Source of the DNA: an uncultured Eubacteriales bacterium
GTDB lineage: Bacteria > Bacillota > Clostridia > Oscillospirales > Acutalibacteraceae
Length of the DNA: 35,608 nt
Assembly (NCBI GenBank): GCA_964505515.1
Contig: CAZDIN010000002.1
Location: 1 to 35,608, forward strand
Reading direction: 5' to 3'
Made by a program: the position numbers and the translations under genes. The notes beneath the pieces are model-generated. The model saw only the letters and a list, made by a program, of their open reading frames with translations, did not search any database and was not told the origin of the DNA. Positions 1 to 6,666 of this stretch are shown one piece after another (positions within the stretch are counted from its first letter, which is position 1; the number at the start of each line of letters is the position of its first letter).

Positions 1-205
1 ATGGATTTATTCCTCCTTGATAAAGTTTAACAAATTCAGTCGGTCCGGACATCCGTATCGACGGATATCCATACCTTATCAATTCTAACACTTTTTTTGT
101 CGTATGTAAATAGTAAAATTGCCGCTAAAACAGGATATTCTGCAAGTTTTTTTGGCAAAAACGAGAAAAACCACCTCTTTGTCCATTATAAAGGAAAGGA
201 AAGCA

Positions 206-234
206 TTGACTTTTTGCTCAAATGCCTATATTAT
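206..234 (+). promoter_or_regulatory. Candidate sigma-70-type promoter for the CNNM/CorC gene
   Basis: TTGACT (206-211), a 17-nt spacer, then TATTAT (229-234), about 40 nt upstream of the start at 273. Read by eye only. Confidence 0.4.
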
Positions 235-272
235 GATAATACTTATTTTTCAAAAATCGAGAGGAGAAAATC

Positions 273-1613
273 ATGACTGCAAATCCTGACCCTGAACCTG
301 CGAACTTTGTTTTTTGGACGGTCTTGTCGGTGGCGCTGTTGCTGCTCGACGCCCTGACCCACGCCGGATATCAATCCCTCGTCGTTATCAACGACGCGGC
401 TCTTAAACGAGCCGCCGACGACGGTGACAAAAAGGCAAAACGCGCTTTGCGCCTGCTTTCCAAGCCGGTGCGCTTTTCCGCAAGAATGTCGACCGCCTGC
501 GTGCTGTTTGATCTTGCGACTGCGTTTGTTCCGATCTTTGTCTTTTCCGATGCGGTAAGGCTGTGGGCATCCCGTCTGACCGACGTTCGCTTGCTTCAGG
601 CTTTGTTGTTTGTGGCTTTTTTGATTGCCGTCGTGTTCGTTGTTATGGTGCTCGGGGAGCTTTTCCCGCGCCGCATCGTTTCACACGGAAAAGAAAGAAC
701 GGCTTATGCCTTTTTGCCGTTGGTCGAGGCGATCGACCTGCTGGTTGCTCTTCCTGCGGCGGTCAACGGTGCCGTCGTTAACCTACTGTTAAGGCTTTGC
801 CGGATCGACCCCAACGCCGATATGGAGATGGTCACCGAGGAAGAGATAAGGATGATGGTCGACGCCGGCGAGGAAAAGGGCGTCATTGAGGAAAGTCAGA
901 AGGAAATGATAAACAATATTTTCGAGTTTGACGACCTTACTGCCTCCGACGTTATGACCCACCGCACCGATATCGTCGCGGTGGATATCAACGATTCCTT
1001 CGACGATGTGATCCGCCTTGCGACCGAGGAGGGATACTCCCGTATCCCTGCTTACGAGGATGATATTGACGACATCAAGGGTATCGTCTACGTTAAGGAC
1101 CTGCTTAAATATGTCGGCTCATCCTTGCCTGCTGGCAACCTTGCCGACGTGATACGCAAGCCCTTCTTCGTGCCTGAATCCAAGCGCTGCGGCGACCTTT
1201 TCACCGAGATGACCGAGAAGCGCATTCAGATGTGCATTGTCGCCGATGAGTTCGGCGGAACGGCAGGGCTTGTTACCATCGAGGACCTGCTTGAGTCGAT
1301 AGTGGGAAGTATTCAGGACGAATACGACGACGAGGAAGAGGACGAGATCGAGCAGATCAACGAGACCACCTTCACCGTTGACGGTACGACCGATATTGAT
1401 GATATAAACGAAGAGTTGGATATTGAGCTGCCTGAGGGCGATTATGATACGGTCGGCGGCATGATCCTGTCTGTGCTTGGCCGTATTCCGCAGGAGGATG
1501 AGCATCCTGACGTTGAGGCATGCGGCTATCTGTTCACGGTAGAGGAAATGGGAGAAAGACGCATTGAAAAGGTGCGTATTGAGCGTATGCCCGAGGACGA
1601 TATCGGGGAATAA
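273..1613 (+). CDS. Hemolysin-family / CNNM (DUF21) membrane protein with a CBS pair and a CorC_HlyC C-terminal domain; putative divalent-cation efflux
   Basis: 446-aa ORF with RBS GAGAGGAG upstream. It has N-terminal hydrophobic helices, a central CBS-pair-like region (VMTHRTDIVAVD...GYSRIPAY...IKGIVYVKDLL...CIVADEFGGTAGLVTIEDLLE), and an acidic linker followed by a CorC_HlyC-like tail (TVDGTTDIDDINEEL...DYDTVGGMIL). This is the typical TlyC/CorC architecture. Confidence 0.85.
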   Translation: MTANPDPEPANFVFWTVLSVALLLLDALTHAGYQSLVVINDAALKRAADDGDKKAKRALRLLSKPVRFSARMSTACVLFDLATAFVPIFVFSDAVRLWASRLTDVRLLQALLFVAFLIAVVFVVMVLGELFPRRIVSHGKERTAYAFLPLVEAIDLLVALPAAVNGAVVNLLLRLCRIDPNADMEMVTEEEIRMMVDAGEEKGVIEESQKEMINNIFEFDDLTASDVMTHRTDIVAVDINDSFDDVIRLATEEGYSRIPAYEDDIDDIKGIVYVKDLLKYVGSSLPAGNLADVIRKPFFVPESKRCGDLFTEMTEKRIQMCIVADEFGGTAGLVTIEDLLESIVGSIQDEYDDEEEDEIEQINETTFTVDGTTDIDDINEELDIELPEGDYDTVGGMILSVLGRIPQEDEHPDVEACGYLFTVEEMGERRIEKVRIERMPEDDIGE

Positions 1614-1628
1614 TCAATATATGTAAAA

Positions 1629-1668
1629 CGTCAGTTCGCAAAATCCTGACGAAAAATAAAACTACGGA
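1629..1668 (+). promoter_or_regulatory. preQ1-I riboswitch (translational) upstream of queT
   Basis: P1 stem CGUCAG (1629-1634) pairs with CUGACG (1646-1651). The loop is UUCGCAAAAUC and the A-rich tail AAAAAUAAAACUACGGAAG runs into the Shine-Dalgarno sequence. Compare the known aptamers AGAGGUUCUAGCUACACCCUCUAUAAAAAACUAAGG (B. subtilis queC) and CUGGGUCGCAGUAACCCCAGUUAACAAAACAAGG (T. tengcongensis). The downstream gene is QueT, a classic preQ1-riboswitch target. Confidence 0.8.
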
Positions 1669-1679
1669 AGTGAAGTTCT

Positions 1680-2183
1680 ATGAAAATTAAACACCTGTCG
1701 ACAGCGGCGTTGATCGCCGCCGCCTATGCTGCACTTACCTATGCGGCGGCTGCGTTGGGGCTTTCCTATGGGCAGATACAGTTTCGTTTTTCAGAGGCGC
1801 TCTGCGTGCTTGCGGCCTTTACGCCCGCGGCAATACCGGGGCTTACCCTCGGCTGTCTGTTGGGCAACCTTGGCAGCACCCTCGGCCCTGTCGATTGGAT
1901 ATGCGGCACGTTGGCGACCCTGCTTGCGTCGGTGAGCGGATATGCCCTGCGGAATGTCAAGGGCGCGATGTGGCTTGTGCCCATGCCCTGCGTGTTGTTC
2001 AACGCGCTGATAGTCGGGGCAGAGTTGGCGGTCCTGTTCGGCGAGGGCGCATTTTTGCCTGTGTTCGCGATAAACGCGGCGTGGGTCGGCGTGGGTCAGG
2101 CTGTGGTATGCTACCTGCTTGGAATACCCCTCTATCTTGCAATTGAGCGAACCCCTGCGCTTAAGCGGTTTCTCTCAAAATAA
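1680..2183 (+). CDS. queT: QueT family queuosine-precursor transporter (ECF-type S component-like)
   Basis: 167-aa polytopic membrane protein. The N-terminus (LSTAALIAAAYAALTYAAA...GQIQFRFSEAL) is typical of QueT, and the gene is preceded by a preQ1-I riboswitch. Confidence 0.8.
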   Translation: MKIKHLSTAALIAAAYAALTYAAAALGLSYGQIQFRFSEALCVLAAFTPAAIPGLTLGCLLGNLGSTLGPVDWICGTLATLLASVSGYALRNVKGAMWLVPMPCVLFNALIVGAELAVLFGEGAFLPVFAINAAWVGVGQAVVCYLLGIPLYLAIERTPALKRFLSK

Positions 2184-2191
2184 AAGATCAA

Positions 2192-2227
2192 AAAGAGTCC
2201 GTATCGTTTTTTCGATACGGACTCTTT
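2192..2227. terminator. Bidirectional rho-independent terminator between the convergent queT and M23 peptidase genes
   Basis: Perfect 15-bp stem AAAGAGTCCGTATCG / CGATACGGACTCTTT with a TTTTTT loop. A/T runs lie on both sides. Confidence 0.85.
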
Positions 2228-2270
2228 CCTTACTGCCCATCCCAGAAATGTGCCGCCGCGGGCAGTGTAA

Positions 2271-3020
2271 TTATTGGTCCAATCCCATTATATTCAAGGG
2301 ATCGGCGGCTTTATTCTCTTTAGTTGCCGAAAAATGCAGATGCACCGCTTCAACGCACTCGCAGGGTATCTCGCCGAGGGTGCCTATTTTGGCGTTTGCC
2401 GCTACGGTGTCGCCCTTTTCAACCGTGACTGTGTCAAGTCCACAGTAGCGCGCGATGATGTCGTTGCCGTGATTTATCTCGACCACCTTGCCGTAGGAGG
2501 CGTTTTCGGTGACCGAAATGACTACACCGTCACCTGCTGCGTTGATGCTGTCACCGATATTACCTGCGATATCGACACCTGTGTGCAGACGCCAATCAGA
2601 GTAGGTCATTGAGTATTGAAGCTCGCTGTCGCTGTAGCCCTTGAGGATCTCGCCCGTCAGCGGCATGACGAAAAATGCTGCGCTCGGTGTCACCGCCGTG
2701 ACCGTATCGCCGCCCGACTGAGAATTGTCGGTGTTGGGCGTGTCGGACGCAGATTGGTTTATCTGGCTTGAGGGTCTTGACGAAGAGGATATCGATGAGG
2801 TGTCGGCTGTGCTTTCGGCAGGACTTGACGAAGGAGGTGTCAGCGTCGACTCAGCGTCGCTTGATGCGTCACCTGTCAGGGCCTGACTAATGGGCGGGGA
2901 GACCTGATTCAGCCCGATCCATGCCGCCGCACCGACGGCGATAAGGCAGACCGAAAGGGCTGCTATGAAGCCTTTTGACCTTAGAAAACTGCGCGAAGAT
3001 GAGAATTTGATATTTTTCAT
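2271..3020 (-). CDS. Membrane-anchored M23 (LytM-type) peptidoglycan metalloendopeptidase-family protein
   Basis: It has an N-terminal TM anchor (GFIAALSVCLIAVGAAAWIGL) and a Ser/Pro/Thr-rich linker. The C-terminal M23 signatures are HTGVDI...NAAGDGVV...GKVVEINHG...HLHF. The start at 3020 (MKNIKF) is preferred, but ATG 3032 is also possible. The architecture resembles SpoIIQ-like proteins, but that assignment is not established. Confidence 0.8.
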   Translation of the reverse strand: MKNIKFSSSRSFLRSKGFIAALSVCLIAVGAAAWIGLNQVSPPISQALTGDASSDAESTLTPPSSSPAESTADTSSISSSSRPSSQINQSASDTPNTDNSQSGGDTVTAVTPSAAFFVMPLTGEILKGYSDSELQYSMTYSDWRLHTGVDIAGNIGDSINAAGDGVVISVTENASYGKVVEINHGNDIIARYCGLDTVTVEKGDTVAANAKIGTLGEIPCECVEAVHLHFSATKENKAADPLNIMGLDQ

Positions 3021-3236
3021 GTGAAGACACATCCTGTAAAGAACTTTTCAAGAATAGTTTTGCGCGAGAAAAGGGAAATTATTCAAACAAAACGTAAATA
3101 ATTATTAACACTTTGTTTACATAATCCTAAAAAAATGGCAACACAGAGGGAGTAGTATATAATTGCACTTGAGAAAAGGCGGACCGCAACGCCTTCAAGT
3201 GTTATCTACCCTCCTCAGAAAATACATCCACGGAAA

Positions 3237-3265
3237 ACGGCAGTGCCAAAAGCGCTGCCGTTTTT
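3237..3265. terminator. Orphan strong hairpin with a U-tract in the divergent intergenic region
   Basis: ACGGCAGUGC-CAAAA-GCGCUGCCGU forms a 10-bp stem with one G-U pair, followed by TTTTT on the plus strand and preceded by GAAAA. No annotated CDS ends here on either strand. Confidence 0.5.
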
Positions 3266-3277
3266 CGTATAAATCGG

Positions 3278-3306
3278 TTGAAATGAAGACACGGTTTGTT
3301 TATAAT
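3278..3306 (+). promoter_or_regulatory. Candidate sigma-70 promoter for ybaK
   Basis: TTGAAA (3278-3283), a 17-nt spacer, then consensus TATAAT (3301-3306), just upstream of RBS AAGAGGTGA. Confidence 0.55.
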
Positions 3307-3317
3307 AGAAAAAAGAG

Positions 3318-3806
3318 GTGAGGTCTTTGGGTAAGGAAGTAAAAACCAACGCGATGAGGATACTTGACCGAAACAAGATCGCGTACGAGATAAATTTGTA
3401 TGAGTGTAAGGAGTTCGTCGATGCCGTTGAGATCGCGGATCGGCTGGGGCAGCCCTATGGATCCTCATTCAAGACCCTTGTTACAGTAGGAAAAAGCGGT
3501 CAGCATTATGTTTTTGTGCTGCCTATCGCGAGGGAGCTTGACATGAAAAAAGCCGCGTCCGCGGTGGGTGAAAAATCGGTGTCGATGATTCCCGTTAAGG
3601 AGATAACGGCGTTGACGGGGTATGTTCGCGGCGGTTGTACTGCCCTGGGAATGAAGAAGGCGTTTCCAACCGTCATAGACGCATCTGCGAGGGCGTTTGA
3701 GCGAGTTATAATAAGCGGCGGACGCATCGGGGCGCAGATAATCCTTGCTCCCGATGACCTTGCAAGAGCCGCAAGGGCTGATTTTGCCGATATTTTGGCT
3801 GAGTAA
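3318..3806 (+). CDS. ybaK: Cys-tRNA(Pro)/Cys-tRNA(Cys) deacylase, YbaK/EbsC family
   Basis: KTNAMRILDRNKIAYEINLYE...FKTLV...IPVKEITALTGYVRGGCTALGMKK...ISGGRIG matches the YbaK/EbsC trans-editing domain. The true start is probably non-ATG: GTG at 3318 or TTG at 3327, both downstream of AAGAGGTGA. Confidence 0.85.
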   Translation: MRSLGKEVKTNAMRILDRNKIAYEINLYECKEFVDAVEIADRLGQPYGSSFKTLVTVGKSGQHYVFVLPIARELDMKKAASAVGEKSVSMIPVKEITALTGYVRGGCTALGMKKAFPTVIDASARAFERVIISGGRIGAQIILAPDDLARAARADFADILAE

Positions 3807-3821
3807 TACAGGAGGGGCATC

Positions 3822-4664
3822 ATGAAGATCGAGAAGATTTTGCTGAGAGAGCAGTTTGATGGTCTCGGAGATTCGCCTGCAATACTTGAGACCTATCTGC
3901 AGACCTATGATGAGGAGGTCAAGGTCACAGATCGCCCTGCGATGATCATATTCCCCGGCGGCGGATATAGCATAACCTCCCACAGAGAGTCTGAGCCGGT
4001 TGCCCTGCGCTTTGCGGCCCTCGGATATCAGTGCTTCGTGGTGTGGTACACCTGTGCGCCGGCACGCTATCCGCGGCAGCTGCTGGAGGGTGCGGCCGCC
4101 GTCGTATATGTAAGACGGCATGCGGAGGAGTTCTGCATCGACCCGAAGCGCATCTCGGTCATGGGATTTTCGGCAGGCGGACACTGTGCCGGAATGGCAG
4201 GCATGCTTTGGGGCGAGCCTATCGTCGCAGAAAAGCTCGGCATAGAGCCGCGTCAGGCGCGCCCCGACACGATGGTGCTTTGCTACCCCGTCGTAACGAG
4301 CGGAGAATATGCACATCGCGGCTCCTTCAACAACCTGTTGGGTGCCGAGCCTAACGAGGCGATGCTGTTCAAGGTGTCGTTGGAATACGCGGTCAATGCG
4401 GACACTCCGCCGGCATTTTTGTGGACGTCCGCAGACGACAAATGCGTGCCCTGTGAAAACTCTCTGCTGTTGGCACTCTCGCTGAGCAAGCACAGCATCC
4501 CCTATGAGCTGCACGTTTACGGCAGTCTGCCGCACGGAGCATCTCTTGCAAACGATCAGGTGTACCCTACGGGCGTTGACCACGCAGGCATCGATGAGCG
4601 TGTGGCTAAGTGGCCTGAGGAATGTGACAAGTGGCTTCGCGAGCAGTATGCGCGAATGCAGTAG
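3822..4664 (+). CDS. Alpha/beta hydrolase (esterase/lipase-like, fold-3 type)
   Basis: It has an oxyanion-region motif IIFPGGGY and a nucleophile elbow GFSAGGH. The distal SADDKCVP and LPHG are candidates for the Asp and His triad residues. Substrate is unknown. Confidence 0.75.
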   Translation: MKIEKILLREQFDGLGDSPAILETYLQTYDEEVKVTDRPAMIIFPGGGYSITSHRESEPVALRFAALGYQCFVVWYTCAPARYPRQLLEGAAAVVYVRRHAEEFCIDPKRISVMGFSAGGHCAGMAGMLWGEPIVAEKLGIEPRQARPDTMVLCYPVVTSGEYAHRGSFNNLLGAEPNEAMLFKVSLEYAVNADTPPAFLWTSADDKCVPCENSLLLALSLSKHSIPYELHVYGSLPHGASLANDQVYPTGVDHAGIDERVAKWPEECDKWLREQYARMQ

Positions 4665-4673
4665 GTGAAGGCT

Positions 4674-5429
4674 ATGAAACTGATATCATGGAATGTCAAC
4701 GGACTGCGCGCCTGCGTGTCAAAGGGCTTTGCCGATGTGTTCAGGTCGATGGACGCGGATGTTTTTTGCCTGCAGGAGACCAAGCTGCAGGAGGGGCAGA
4801 TCGACCTTGACCTGCCCGATTATCATTGTTATTGGAACTACGCCGAAAAAAAGGGGTATTCGGGCACGGCGATGTTTTTGAAAAGCGAGCCGCTGAAGGT
4901 CAACTACGGCATCGGTATCGACGAGCACGACCATGAGGGTCGCGTCATCACTGCCGAGCTGGAGGACTGCTTTGTTGTGACGGTCTACACCCCCAATTCC
5001 CAAAATGAGCTGGCAAGGCTTGGATACCGCATGGAATGGGAGAATGCCTTCAGGGAATATCTTATGGGGCTTGACGCGGTCAAGCCGGTCGTGATCTGCG
5101 GTGACCTTAACGTTGCGCACGCCGAGATCGACCTGAAAAATCCAAAGACCAACCGCCGAAACGCAGGCTTTACCGACGAGGAGCGTGAAAAGCTCAGCGC
5201 CCTCTTGGCGAGCGGCTTTACCGATACCTTCAGGCTGCTTTATCCTGACAGGGAAGGGATCTATTCGTGGTGGTCCTACCGCTTTCACGCGAGGGAAAAC
5301 AACGCAGGCTGGCGGATAGATTACTTTTTGGTGTCCGACAGGCTTCGCGACACCGTAAAGCAGGCTGCTATCTATACCGATATTTTCGGCTCCGATCATT
5401 GTCCCGTCGGACTTGAGATCGAAATATAG
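4674..5429 (+). CDS. xth: Exodeoxyribonuclease III (AP endonuclease, Xth/ExoA family)
   Basis: [13 protein letters not shown]...DVFCLQETK...VYTPNS...ICGDLNVAH...WWSYR...GWRIDY...GSDHCPV are canonical ExoIII/APE1 motifs. The ATG at 4674 follows RBS AGGTGAAGG; the ORF-track start at 4665 is a GTG only 3 codons upstream. Confidence 0.93.
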   Translation: MKLISWNVNGLRACVSKGFADVFRSMDADVFCLQETKLQEGQIDLDLPDYHCYWNYAEKKGYSGTAMFLKSEPLKVNYGIGIDEHDHEGRVITAELEDCFVVTVYTPNSQNELARLGYRMEWENAFREYLMGLDAVKPVVICGDLNVAHAEIDLKNPKTNRRNAGFTDEEREKLSALLASGFTDTFRLLYPDREGIYSWWSYRFHARENNAGWRIDYFLVSDRLRDTVKQAAIYTDIFGSDHCPVGLEIEI

Positions 5430-5434
5430 AATTA

Positions 5435-5474
5435 TGCGACCCCTGACGCTTTTCCGTCAGGGGTCGCATTTTTT
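5435..5474 (+). terminator. Rho-independent terminator after xth
   Basis: 14-bp perfect stem TGCGACCCCTGACG / CGTCAGGGGTCGCA with loop CTTTTC, followed by TTTTTT. Confidence 0.9.
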
Positions 5475-5535
5475 GTGTAAGTATATTACCCGCACCCCTT
5501 TGCGTAGACATATATAAAACGGCGTTGAAGGGGGC

Positions 5536-6540
5536 ATGGACGTGATAGGGTCGGCCTTGCTTAAGCTTGCAGGCGGTGTGGCCTTTTTCCTTTATGGGAT
5601 GCAGGCGCTGTCAGACGGGCTTGAAGATCTCGCAGGAGAGAAATTGAGCGGCATACTCAAAAGCATGACCTCTGATCTGCTCAAGGGGACGGTGGCGGGA
5701 CTGCTTATCACGGCGGTCATCCAGTCCTCGTCGGCGGTGACGGTCATGCTCGTCAGCCTTGTCAACGCAGGGATGATGACGCTTCGGCAGTCGGTCGGCG
5801 TTATCATGGGCACCAACGTCGGAACGACGGTCACCGCATGGCTTCTTTCGACGATAGGGATAGAAAATGACAGCTCTGTTTTCAGCCTGCTTAAAACCGA
5901 AAATCTTTCTATGACAGCGGCGGTCACAGGTATGCTTGTGCTCGCCTTGTCGAAGGGCTCGCGCGCAAAAAGCGCAGGCTCTGCTGTCGCCGCCTTCGGC
6001 GTGCTGATGTACGGAATGGAGCTGATGAGCGAGGCGGCGGAGCCACTGATGGCGTTGCCTTGGTTTGAAGACTTGCTTGTGACCTTTCAAAACCCTATCC
6101 TCTGCCTTATTGCAGGTACACTCGTCACCGCCGTTATACAAAGTTCGTCTGCATCGGTCGGTCTTTTGCAGACACTTTCGGTGTCAGGCGGCATAACCTA
6201 TCGTGCCGCCGTTCCCATCGTAATGGGGCAAAACATCGGCACCTGCGTGACGGCGCTTTTGTCGGGGGTCGGGAGAAGTCGCACCGCAAAGAAGGTCGCG
6301 CTCATTCACCTGATGGTAAACGTAATAGGGACGGCTGTGCTGTTCGGCGCTTTCTATATGATCGATGCGGCGGTCGGGCTTGCCTTTGCCGAGCGGTCGG
6401 CAGACCCCGTCGGCATCGCAGCCGTCCACAGCGCGTTTAATATTATATCTACCGTCATGCTGCTGCCCTTTGCAAGCGGCATGGAAAAATTGGCAGATGC
6501 TTTGCTGCCTGAGAAAAAGGGCGCACCCTTGCGATCGTGA
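5536..6540 (+). CDS. Na/Pi cotransporter family protein (PNaS / NptA-like)
   Basis: 334-aa polytopic protein with the duplicated QSSSA motif (VIQSSSAVTVML and VIQSSSASVGLL) that is characteristic of Na+/phosphate symporter repeats. Confidence 0.85.
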   Translation: MDVIGSALLKLAGGVAFFLYGMQALSDGLEDLAGEKLSGILKSMTSDLLKGTVAGLLITAVIQSSSAVTVMLVSLVNAGMMTLRQSVGVIMGTNVGTTVTAWLLSTIGIENDSSVFSLLKTENLSMTAAVTGMLVLALSKGSRAKSAGSAVAAFGVLMYGMELMSEAAEPLMALPWFEDLLVTFQNPILCLIAGTLVTAVIQSSSASVGLLQTLSVSGGITYRAAVPIVMGQNIGTCVTALLSGVGRSRTAKKVALIHLMVNVIGTAVLFGAFYMIDAAVGLAFAERSADPVGIAAVHSAFNIISTVMLLPFASGMEKLADALLPEKKGAPLRS

Positions 6541-6578
6541 GGGGGCGCGCTTTTTCTGTGTTGACCCCAAATATTTAC

Positions 6579-6607
6579 TTGACAACGGGGCAGGGTTAGT
6601 GTATGAT
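6579..6607 (+). promoter_or_regulatory. Candidate sigma-70 promoter of the feo operon
   Basis: Consensus TTGACA (6579-6584), a 17-nt spacer, then TATGAT (6602-6607), about 60 nt upstream of the feoAB start. Confidence 0.55.
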
Positions 6608-6634
6608 AACCTAAACGAGTTAGTCGAGTATAAC
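6595..6634 (+). promoter_or_regulatory. Two tandem operator-like inverted repeats (GTTAGT-N5-ATAAC); the first overlaps the -10 and resembles a DtxR/IdeR box
   Basis: Site 1 is GTTAGTGTATGATAAC (6595-6610). Site 2 is GTTAGTCGAGTATAAC (6619-6634), offset by 24 bp. The 19-mer TTAGTGTATGATAACCTAA (6596-6614) matches the DtxR/IdeR consensus TTAGGTTAGCCTAACCTAA at 14 of 19 positions by my alignment. A DtxR-family repressor is encoded in the same operon. Confidence 0.5.
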
Positions 6635-6666
6635 TTTTGCATGCTTATCAGAAAGAGGAGCCGTTG

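Noticed and set aside
1-20. Reverse-complement GGAGGAATAAATCCAT at the extreme left edge, suggesting an RBS and the first two bases of a start codon for a divergent minus-strand gene
   Set aside because: The putative start codon would be completed outside the window, so it cannot be verified from this sequence.
3465-4583. Long minus-strand ORF (372 aa) opposite the ybaK and alpha/beta hydrolase genes
   Set aside because: It is antisense to two well-supported plus-strand genes. The translation is Arg/Cys/His-rich and low-complexity with no recognisable motifs or RBS. This is a typical shadow ORF in GC-rich DNA.
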